Shown here piece by piece: positions 54,601 to 64,000 of a stretch of 64,000 nt of DNA. The notes beneath the pieces are model-generated. The model ran no database searches. It saw only the letters and a program-made list of their open reading frames with translations, and was not told the origin of the DNA. Within the stretch, counting starts at the first letter, position 1, and each line of letters starts with the position of its first letter. The translations under genes and the position numbers were made by a program. The stretch comes from Naegleria gruberi (taxonomy: Eukaryota): NCBI GenBank assembly GCA_000004985.1, contig GG738869.1; one strand, 5' to 3'.

Positions 54601-57600
54601 NNNNNNNNNNNNNNNNNNNNNNNNNNNNNNNNNNNNNNNNNNNNNNNNNNNNNNNNNNNNNNNNNNNNNNNNNNNNNNNNNNNNNNNNNNNNNNNNNNNN
54701 NNNNNNNNNNNNNNNNNNNNNNNNNNNNNNNNNNNNNNNNNNNNNNNNNNNNNNNNNNNNNNNNNNNNNNNNNNNNNNNNNNNNNNNNNNNNNNNNNNNN
54801 NNNNNNNNNNNNNNNNNNNNNNNNNNNNNNNNNNNNNNNNNNNNNNNNNNNNNNNNNNNNNNNNNNNNNNNNNNNNNNNNNNNNNNNNNNNNNNNNNNNN
54901 NNNNNNNNNNNNNNNNNNNNNNNNNNNNNNNNNNNNNNNNNNNNNNNNNNNNNNNNNNNNNNNNNNNNNNNNNNNNNNNNNNNNNNNNNNNNNNNNNNNN
55001 NNNNNNNNNNNNNNNNNNNNNNNNNNNNNNNNNNNNNNNNNNNNNNNNNNNNNNNNNNNNNNNNNNNNNNNNNNNNNNNNNNNNNNNNNNNNNNNNNNNN
55101 NNNNNNNNNNNNNNNNNNNNNNNNNNNNNNNNNNNNNNNNNNNNNNNNNNNNNNNNNNNNNNNNNNNNNNNNNNNNNNNNNNNNNNNNNNNNNNNNNNNN
55201 NNNNNNNNNNNNNNNNNNNNNNNNNNNNNNNNNNNNNNNNNNNNNNNNNNNNNNNNNNNNNNNNNNNNNNNNNNNNNNNNNNNNNNNNNNNNNNNNNNNN
55301 NNNNNNNNNNNNNNNNNNNNNNNNNNNNNNNNNNNNNNNNNNNNNNNNNNNNNNNNNNNNNNNNNNNNNNNNNNNNNNNNNNNNNNNNNNNNNNNNNNNN
55401 NNNNNNNNNNNNNNNNNNNNNNNNNNNNNNNNNNNNNNNNNNNNNNNNNNNNNNNNNNNNNNNNNNNNNNNNNNNNNNNNNNNNNNNNNNNNNNNNNNNN
55501 NNNNNNNNNNNNNNNNNNNNNNNNNNNNNNNNNNNNNNNNNNNNNNNNNNNNNNNNNNNNNNNNNNNNNNNNNNNNNNNNNNNNNNNNNNNNNNNNNNNN
55601 NNNNNNNNNNNNNNNNNNNNNNNNNNNNNNNNNNNNNNNNNNNNNNNNNNNNNNNNNNNNNNNNNNNNNNNNNNNNNNNNNNNNNNNNNNNNNNNNNNNN
55701 NNNNNNNNNNNNNNNNNNNNNNNNNNNNNNNNNNNNNNNNNNNNNNNNNNNNNNNNNNNNNNNNNNNNNNNNNNNNNNNNNNNNNNNNNNNNNNNNNNNN
55801 NNNNNNNNNNNNNNNNNNNNNNNNNNNNNNNNNNNNNNNNNNNNNNNNNNNNNNNNNNNNNNNNNNNNNNNNNNNNNNNNNNNNNNNNNNNNNNNNNNNN
55901 NNNNNNNNNNNNNNNNNNNNNNNNNNNNNNNNNNNNNNNNNNNNNNNNNNNNNNNNNNNNNNNNNNNNNNNNNNNNNNNNNNNNNNNNNNNNNNNNNNNN
56001 NNNNNNNNNNNNNNNNNNNNNNNNNNNNNNNNNNNNNNNNNNNNNNNNNNNNNNNNNNNNNNNNNNNNNNNNNNNNNNNNNNNNNNNNNNNNNNNNNNNN
56101 NNNNNNNNNNNNNNNNNNNNNNNNNNNNNNNNNNNNNNNNNNNNNNNNNNNNNNNNNNNNNNNNNNNNNNNNNNNNNNNNNNNNNNNNNNNNNNNNNNNN
56201 NNNNNNNNNNNNNNNNNNNNNNNNNNNNNNNNNNNNNNNNNNNNNNNNNNNNNNNNNNNNNNNNNNNNNNNNNNNNNNNNNNNNNNNNNNNNNNNNNNNN
56301 NNNNNNNNNNNNNNNNNNNNNNNNNNNNNNNNNNNNNNNNNNNNNNNNNNNNNNNNNNNNNNNNNNNNNNNNNNNNNNNNNNNNNNNNNNNNNNNNNNNN
56401 NNNNNNNNNNNNNNNNNNNNNNNNNNNNNNNNNNNNNNNNNNNNNNNNNNNNNNNNNNNNNNNNNNNNNNNNNNNNNNNNNNNNNNNNNNNNNNNNNNNN
56501 NNNNNNNNNNNNNNNNNNNNNNNNNNNNNNNNNNNNNNNNNNNNNNNNNNNNNNNNNNNNNNNNNNNNNNNNNNNNNNNNNNNNNNNNNNNNNNNNNNNN
56601 NNNNNNNNNNNNNNNNNNNNNNNNNNNNNNNNNNNNNNNNNNNNNNNNNNNNNNNNNNNNNNNNNNNNNNNNNNNNNNNNNNNNNNNNNNNNNNNNNNNN
56701 NNNNNNNNNNNNNNNNNNNNNNNNNNNNNNNNNNNNNNNNNNNNNNNNNNNNNNNNNNNNNNNNNNNNNNNNNNNNNNNNNNNNNNNNNNNNNNNNNNNN
56801 NNNNNNNNNNNNNNNNNNNNNNNNNNNNNNNNNNNNNNNNNNNNNNNNNNNNNNNNNNNNNNNNNNNNNNNNNNNNNNNNNNNNNNNNNNNNNNNNNNNN
56901 NNNNNNNNNNNNNNNNNNNNNNNNNNNNNNNNNNNNNNNNNNNNNNNNNNNNNNNNNNNNNNNNNNNNNNNNNNNNNNNNNNNNNNNNNNNNNNNNNNNN
57001 NNNNNNNNNNNNNNNNNNNNNNNNNNNNNNNNNNNNNNNNNNNNNNNNNNNNNNNNNNNNNNNNNNNNNNNNNNNNNNNNNNNNNNNNNNNNNNNNNNNN
57101 NNNNNNNNNNNNNNNNNNNNNNNNNNNNNNNNNNNNNNNNNNNNNNNNNNNNNNNNNNNNNNNNNNNNNNNNNNNNNNNNNNNNNNNNNNNNNNNNNNNN
57201 NNNNNNNNNNNNNNNNNNNNNNNNNNNNNNNNNNNNNNNNNNNNNNNNNNNNNNNNNNNNNNNNNNNNNNNNNNNNNNNNNNNNNNNNNNNNNNNNNNNN
57301 NNNNNNNNNNNNNNNNNNNNNNNNNNNNNNNNNNNNNNNNNNNNNNNNNNNNNNNNNNNNNNNNNNNNNNNNNNNNNNNNNNNNNNNNNNNNNNNNNNNN
57401 NNNNNNNNNNNNNNNNNNNNNNNNNNNNNNNNNNNNNNNNNNNNNNNNNNNNNNNNNNNNNNNNNNNNNNNNNNNNNNNNNNNNNNNNNNNNNNNNNNNN
57501 NNNNNNNNNNNNNNNNNNNNNNNNNNNNNNNNNNNNNNNNNNNNNNNNNNNNNNNNNNNNNNNNNNNNNNNNNNNNNNNNNNNNNNNNNNNNNNNNNNNN

Positions 57601-60600
57601 NNNNNNNNNNNNNNNNNNNNNNNNNNNNNNNNNNNNNNNNNNNNNNNNNNNNNNNNNNNNNNNNNNNNNNNNNNNNNNNNNNNNNNNNNNNNNNNNNNNN
57701 NNNNNNNNNNNNNNNNNNNNNNNNNNNNNNNNNNNNNNNNNNNNNNNNNNNNNNNNNNNNNNNNNNNNNNNNNNNNNNNNNNNNNNNNNNNNNNNNNNNN
57801 NNNNNNNNNNNNNNNNNNNNNNNNNNNNNNNNNNNNNNNNNNNNNNNNNNNNNNNNNNNNNNNNNNNNNNNNNNNNNNNNNNNNNNNNNNNNNNNNNNNN
57901 NNNNNNNNNNNNNNNNNNNNNNNNNNNNNNNNNNNNNNNNNNNNNNNNNNNNNNNNNNNNNNNNNNNNNNNNNNNNNNNNNNNNNNNNNNNNNNNNNNNN
58001 NNNNNNNNNNNNNNNNNNNNNNNNNNNNNNNNNNNNNNNNNNNNNNNNNNNNNNNNNNNNNNNNNNNNNNNNNNNNNNNNNNNNNNNNNNNNNNNNNNNN
58101 NNNNNNNNNNNNNNNNNNNNNNNNNNNNNNNNNNNNNNNNNNNNNNNNNNNNNNNNNNNNNNNNNNNNNNNNNNNNNNNNNNNNNNNNNNNNNNNNNNNN
58201 NNNNNNNNNNNNNNNNNNNNNNNNNNNNNNNNNNNNNNNNNNNNNNNNNNNNNNNNNNNNNNNNNNNNNNNNNNNNNNNNNNNNNNNNNNNNNNNNNNNN
58301 NNNNNNNNNNNNNNNNNNNNNNNNNNNNNNNNNNNNNNNNNNNNNNNNNNNNNNNNNNNNNNNNNNNNNNNNNNNNNNNNNNNNNNNNNNNNNNNNNNNN
58401 NNNNNNNNNNNNNNNNNNNNNNNNNNNNNNNNNNNNNNNNNNNNNNNNNNNNNNNNNNNNNNNNNNNNNNNNNNNNNNNNNNNNNNNNNNNNNNNNNNNN
58501 NNNNNNNNNNNNNNNNNNNNNNNNNNNNNNNNNNNNNNNNNNNNNNNNNNNNNNNNNNNNNNNNNNNNNNNNNNNNNNNNNNNNNNNNNNNNNNNNNNNN
58601 NNNNNNNNNNNNNNNNNNNNNNNNNNNNNNNNNNNNNNNNNNNNNNNNNNNNNNNNNNNNNNNNNNNNNNNNNNNNNNNNNNNNNNNNNNNNNNNNNNNN
58701 NNNNNNNNNNNNNNNNNNNNNNNNNNNNNNNNNNNNNNNNNNNNNNNNNNNNNNNNNNNNNNNNNNNNNNNNNNNNNNNNNNNNNNNNNNNNNNNNNNNN
58801 NNNNNNNNNNNNNNNNNNNNNNNNNNNNNNNNNNNNNNNNNNNNNNNNNNNNNNNNNNNNNNNNNNNNNNNNNNNNNNNNNNNNNNNNNNNNNNNNNNNN
58901 NNNNNNNNNNNNNNNNNNNNNNNNNNNNNNNNNNNNNNNNNNNNNNNNNNNNNNNNNNNNNNNNNNNNNNNNNNNNNNNNNNNNNNNNNNNNNNNNNNNN
59001 NNNNNNNNNNNNNNNNNNNNNNNNNNNNNNNNNNNNNNNNNNNNNNNNNNNNNNNNNNNNNNNNNNNNNNNNNNNNNNNNNNNNNNNNNNNNNNNNNNNN
59101 NNNNNNNNNNNNNNNNNNNNNNNNNNNNNNNNNNNNNNNNNNNNNNNNNNNNNNNNNNNNNNNNNNNNNNNNNNNNNNNNNNNNNNNNNNNNNNNNNNNN
59201 NNNNNNNNNNNNNNNNNNNNNNNNNNNNNNNNNNNNNNNNNNNNNNNNNNNNNNNNNNNNNNNNNNNNNNNNNNNNNNNNNNNNNNNNNNNNNNNNNNNN
59301 NNNNNNNNNNNNNNNNNNNNNNNNNNNNNNNNNNNNNNNNNNNNNNNNNNNNNNNNNNNNNNNNNNNNNNNNNNNNNNNNNNNNNNNNNNNNNNNNNNNN
59401 NNNNNNNNNNNNNNNNNNNNNNNNNNNNNNNNNNNNNNNNNNNNNNNNNNNNNNNNNNNNNNNNNNNNNNNNNNNNNNNNNNNNNNNNNNNNNNNNNNNN
59501 NNNNNNNNNNNNNNNNNNNNNNNNNNNNNNNNNNNNNNNNNNNNNNNNNNNNNNNNNNNNNNNNNNNNNNNNNNNNNNNNNNNNNNNNNNNNNNNNNNNN
59601 NNNNNNNNNNNNNNNNNNNNNNNNNNNNNNNNNNNNNNNNNNNNNNNNNNNNNNNNNNNNNNNNNNNNNNNNNNNNNNNNNNNNNNNNNNNNNNNNNNNN
59701 NNNNNNNNNNNNNNNNNNNNNNNNNNNNNNNNNNNNNNNNNNNNNNNNNNNNNNNNNNNNNNNNNNNNNNNNNNNNNNNNNNNNNNNNNNNNNNNNNNNN
59801 NNNNNNNNNNNNNNNNNNNNNNNNNNNNNNNNNNNNNNNNNNNNNNNNNNNNNNNNNNNNNNNNNNNNNNNNNNNNNNNNNNNNNNNNNNNNNNNNNNNN
59901 NNNNNNNNNNNNNNNNNNNNNNNNNNNNNNNNNNNNNNNNNNNNNNNNNNNNNNNNNNNNNNNNNNNNNNNNNNNNNNNNNNNNNNNNNNNNNNNNNNNN
60001 NNNNNNNNNNNNNNNNNNNNNNNNNNNNNNNNNNNNNNNNNNNNNNNNNNNNNNNNNNNNNNNNNNNNNNNNNNNNNNNNNNNNNNNNNNNNNNNNNNNN
60101 NNNNNNNNNNNNNNNNNNNNNNNNNNNNNNNNNNNNNNNNNNNNNNNNNNNNNNNNNNNNNNNNNNNNNNNNNNNNNNNNNNNNNNNNNNNNNNNNNNNN
60201 NNNNNNNNNNNNNNNNNNNNNNNNNNNNNNNNNNNNNNNNNNNNNNNNNNNNNNNNNNNNNNNNNNNNNNNNNNNNNNNNNNNNNNNNNNNNNNNNNNNN
60301 NNNNNNNNNNNNNNNNNNNNNNNNNNNNNNNNNNNNNNNNNNNNNNNNNNNNNNNNNNNNNNNNNNNNNNNNNNNNNNNNNNNNNNNNNNNNNNNNNNNN
60401 NNNNNNNNNNNNNNNNNNNNNNNNNNNNNNNNNNNNNNNNNNNNNNNNNNNNNNNNNNNNNNNNNNNNNNNNNNNNNNNNNNNNNNNNNNNNNNNNNNNN
60501 NNNNNNNNNNNNNNNNNNNNNNNNNNNNNNNNNNNNNNNNNNNNNNNNNNNNNNNNNNNNNNNNNNNNNNNNNNNNNNNNNNNNNNNNNNNNNNNNNNNN

Positions 60601-63600
60601 NNNNNNNNNNNNNNNNNNNNNNNNNNNNNNNNNNNNNNNNNNNNNNNNNNNNNNNNNNNNNNNNNNNNNNNNNNNNNNNNNNNNNNNNNNNNNNNNNNNN
60701 NNNNNNNNNNNNNNNNNNNNNNNNNNNNNNNNNNNNNNNNNNNNNNNNNNNNNNNNNNNNNNNNNNNNNNNNNNNNNNNNNNNNNNNNNNNNNNNNNNNN
60801 NNNNNNNNNNNNNNNNNNNNNNNNNNNNNNNNNNNNNNNNNNNNNNNNNNNNNNNNNNNNNNNNNNNNNNNNNNNNNNNNNNNNNNNNNNNNNNNNNNNN
60901 NNNNNNNNNNNNNNNNNNNNNNNNNNNNNNNNNNNNNNNNNNNNNNNNNNNNNNNNNNNNNNNNNNNNNNNNNNNNNNNNNNNNNNNNNNNNNNNNNNNN
61001 NNNNNNNNNNNNNNNNNNNNNNNNNNNNNNNNNNNNNNNNNNNNNNNNNNNNNNNNNNNNNNNNNNNNNNNNNNNNNNNNNNNNNNNNNNNNNNNNNNNN
61101 NNNNNNNNNNNNNNNNNNNNNNNNNNNNNNNNNNNNNNNNNNNNNNNNNNNNNNNNNNNNNNNNNNNNNNNNNNNNNNNNNNNNNNNNNNNNNNNNNNNN
61201 NNNNNNNNNNNNNNNNNNNNNNNNNNNNNNNNNNNNNNNNNNNNNNNNNNNNNNNNNNNNNNNNNNNNNNNNNNNNNNNNNNNNNNNNNNNNNNNNNNNN
61301 NNNNNNNNNNNNNNNNNNNNNNNNNNNNNNNNNNNNNNNNNNNNNNNNNNNNNNNNNNNNNNNNNNNNNNNNNNNNNNNNNNNNNNNNNNNNNNNNNNNN
61401 NNNNNNNNNNNNNNNNNNNNNNNNNNNNNNNNNNNNNNNNNNNNNNNNNNNNNNNNNNNNNNNNNNNNNNNNNNNNNNNNNNNNNNNNNNNNNNNNNNNN
61501 NNNNNNNNNNNNNNNNNNNNNNNNNNNNNNNNNNNNNNNNNNNNNNNNNNNNNNNNNNNNNNNNNNNNNNNNNNNNNNNNNNNNNNNNNNNNNNNNNNNN
61601 NNNNNNNNNNNNNNNNNNNNNNNNNNNNNNNNNNNNNNNNNNNNNNNNNNNNNNNNNNNNNNNNNNNNNNNNNNNNNNNNNNNNNNNNNNNNNNNNNNNN
61701 NNNNNNNNNNNNNNNNNNNNNNNNNNNNNNNNNNNNNNNNNNNNNNNNNNNNNNNNNNNNNNNNNNNNNNNNNNNNNNNNNNNNNNNNNNNNNNNNNNNN
61801 NNNNNNNNNNNNNNNNNNNNNNNNNNNNNNNNNNNNNNNNNNNNNNNNNNNNNNNNNNNNNNNNNNNNNNNNNNNNNNNNNNNNNNNNNNNNNNNNNNNN
61901 NNNNNNNNNNNNNNNNNNNNNNNNNNNNNNNNNNNNNNNNNNNNNNNNNNNNNNNNNNNNNNNNNNNNNNNNNNNNNNNNNNNNNNNNNNNNNNNNNNNN
62001 NNNNNNNNNNNNNNNNNNNNNNNNNNNNNNNNNNNNNNNNNNNNNNNNNNNNNNNNNNNNNNNNNNNNNNNNNNNNNNNNNNNNNNNNNNNNNNNNNNNN
62101 NNNNNNNNNNNNNNNNNNNNNNNNNNNNNNNNNNNNNNNNNNNNNNNNNNNNNNNNNNNNNNNNNNNNNNNNNNNNNNNNNNNNNNNNNNNNNNNNNNNN
62201 NNNNNNNNNNNNNNNNNNNNNNNNNNNNNNNNNNNNNNNNNNNNNNNNNNNNNNNNNNNNNNNNNNNNNNNNNNNNNNNNNNNNNNNNNNNNNNNNNNNN
62301 NNNNNNNNNNNNNNNNNNNNNNNNNNNNNNNNNNNNNNNNNNNNNNNNNNNNNNNNNNNNNNNNNNNNNNNNNNNNNNNNNNNNNNNNNNNNNNNNNNNN
62401 NNNNNNNNNNNNNNNNNNNNNNNNNNNNNNNNNNNNNNNNNNNNNNNNNNNNNNNNNNNNNNNNNNNNNNNNNNNNNNNNNNNNNNNNNNNNNNNNNNNN
62501 NNNNNNNNNNNNNNNNNNNNNNNNNNNNNNNNNNNNNNNNNNNNNNNNNNNNNNNNNNNNNNNNNNNNNNNNNNNNNNNNNNNNNNNNNNNNNNNNNNNN
62601 NNNNNNNNNNNNNNNNNNNNNNNNNNNNNNNNNNNNNNNNNNNNNNNNNNNNNNNNNNNNNNNNNNNNNNNNNNNNNNNNNNNNNNNNNNNNNNNNNNNN
62701 NNNNNNNNNNNNNNNNNNNNNNNNNNNNNNNNNNNNNNNNNNNNNNNNNNNNNNNNNNNNNNNNNNNNNNNNNNNNNNNNNNNNNNNNNNNNNNNNNNNN
62801 NNNNNNNNNNNNNNNNNNNNNNNNNNNNNNNNNNNNNNNNNNNNNNNNNNNNNNNNNNNNNNNNNNNNNNNNNNNNNNNNNNNNNNNNNNNNNNNNNNNN
62901 NNNNNNNNNNNNNNNNNNNNNNNNNNNNNNNNNNNNNNNNNNNNNNNNNNNNNNNNNNNNNNNNNNNNNNNNNNNNNNNNNNNNNNNNNNNNNNNNNNNN
63001 NNNNNNNNNNNNNNNNNNNNNNNNNNNNNNNNNNNNNNNNNNNNNNNNNNNNNNNNNNNNNNNNNNNNNNNNNNNNNNNNNNNNNNNNNNNNNNNNNNNN
63101 NNNNNNNNNNNNNNNNNNNNNNNNNNNNNNNNNNNNNNNNNNNNNNNNNNNNNNNNNNNNNNNNNNNNNNNNNNNNNNNNNNNNNNNNNNNNNNNNNNNN
63201 NNNNNNNNNNNNNNNNNNNNNNNNNNNNNNNNNNNNNNNNNNNNNNNNNNNNNNNNNNNNNNNNNNNNNNNNNNNNNNNNNNNNNNNNNNNNNNNNNNNN
63301 NNNNNNNNNNNNNNNNNNNNNNNNNNNNNNNNNNNNNNNNNNNNNNNNNNNNNNNNNNNNNNNNNNNNNNNNNNNNNNNNNNNNNNNNNNNNNNNNNNNN
63401 NNNNNNNNNNNNNNNNNNNNNNNNNNNNNNNNNNNNNNNNNNNNNNNNNNNNNNNNNNNNNNNNNNNNNNNNNNNNNNNNNNNNNNNNNNNNNNNNNNNN
63501 NNNNNNNNNNNNNNNNNNNNNNNNNNNNNNNNNNNNNNNNNNNNNNNNNNNNNNNNNNNNNNNNNNNNNNNNNNNNNNNNNNNNNNNNNNNNNNNNNNNN

Positions 63601-64000
63601 NNNNNNNNNNNNNNNNNNNNNNNNNNNNNNNNNNNNNNNNNNNNNNNNNNNNNNNNNNNNNNNNNNNNNNNNNNNNNNNNNNNNNNNNNNNNNNNNNNNN
63701 NNNNNNNNNNNNNNNNNNNNNNNNNNNNNNNNNNNNNNNNNNNNNNNNNNNNNNNNNNNNNNNNNNNNNNNNNNNNNNNNNNNNNNNNNNNNNNNNNNNN
63801 NNNNNNNNNNNNNNNNNNNNNNNNNNNNNNNNNNNNNNNNNNNNNNNNNNNNNNNNNNNNNNNNNNNNNNNNNNNNNNNNNNNNNNNNNNNNNNNNNNNN
63901 NNNNNNNNNNNNNNNNNNNNNNNNNNNNNNNNNNNNNNNNNNNNNNNNNNNNNNNNNNNNNNNNNNNNNNNNNNNNNNNNNNNNNNNNNNNNNNNNNNNN
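36695..64000. other. Terminal assembly gap or padding. 27,306 consecutive N, about 43% of the window.
   Basis: Uninterrupted N run to the end of the window. Confidence 0.99.

Overview
This 64 kb window is nuclear DNA from an AT-rich lower eukaryote, and only about the first 36.7 kb is real sequence. Positions 36695-64000 are one unbroken run of N, and two further gaps lie at 32658-32707 and 34292-35457. The organism looks most like a dictyostelid or other amoebozoan: codon usage favours tca/aca/aga/caa/ggt, proteins are Asn/Gln/Ser-rich with homopolymer runs, introns are short (44-149 nt) with mostly GTAAGT 5' ends, and the gene content includes a VPS26C/DSCR3 homolog, a PX-ELMO protein and a divergent G-alpha-like protein. 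An AT-rich early-diverging fungus cannot be excluded. I see no prokaryotic features: no operons, no CRISPR array, and no rRNA or tRNA gene that I could recognise. The real sequence is gene-dense, with about 25 protein-coding genes on both strands. Several needed splicing models, which I built by eye from GTAAGT...AG boundaries and reading-frame continuity. The ORF track sometimes begins ORFs at TTG or GTG, so I re-anchored starts to the first in-frame ATG where needed. Genes I could recognise are:
- CH-domain/coiled-coil protein
- Sec14/CRAL-TRIO lipid-transfer protein
- acid (gastric/lysosomal-type) lipase
- acyl-CoA-binding protein
- bacterial-type elongation factor P with an N-terminal presequence
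- USP-family deubiquitinase
- DTW-domain protein
- VPS26C/DSCR3 retriever subunit
- 2-amino-3-ketobutyrate CoA ligase
- ClpB/Hsp78-type AAA+ chaperone
- MetE-like zinc-dependent methyltransferase domain protein
- PX+ELMO protein
- divergent G-alpha-like GTPase
- Atg7
- PPP1R11/Ypi1-like PP1 regulator
- DNA polymerase eta, with its 5' end lost in a gap
- Zn2Cys6 protein interrupted by a gap
- 3' part of an alpha-tubulin gene running into the terminal gap
No single novel multi-gene 'system' is evident. The points most worth a second look are:
- three convergent gene pairs whose stop codons lie 1-11 bp apart
- an Arg-type EF-P
- a cluster of E2F-like GC motifs in a promoter
- a candidate small ncRNA ending in a T-run
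- GC-richer non-coding islands in two divergent promoters
- assembly artefacts (gaps inside genes, apparent frameshifts in tubulin at the contig edge)
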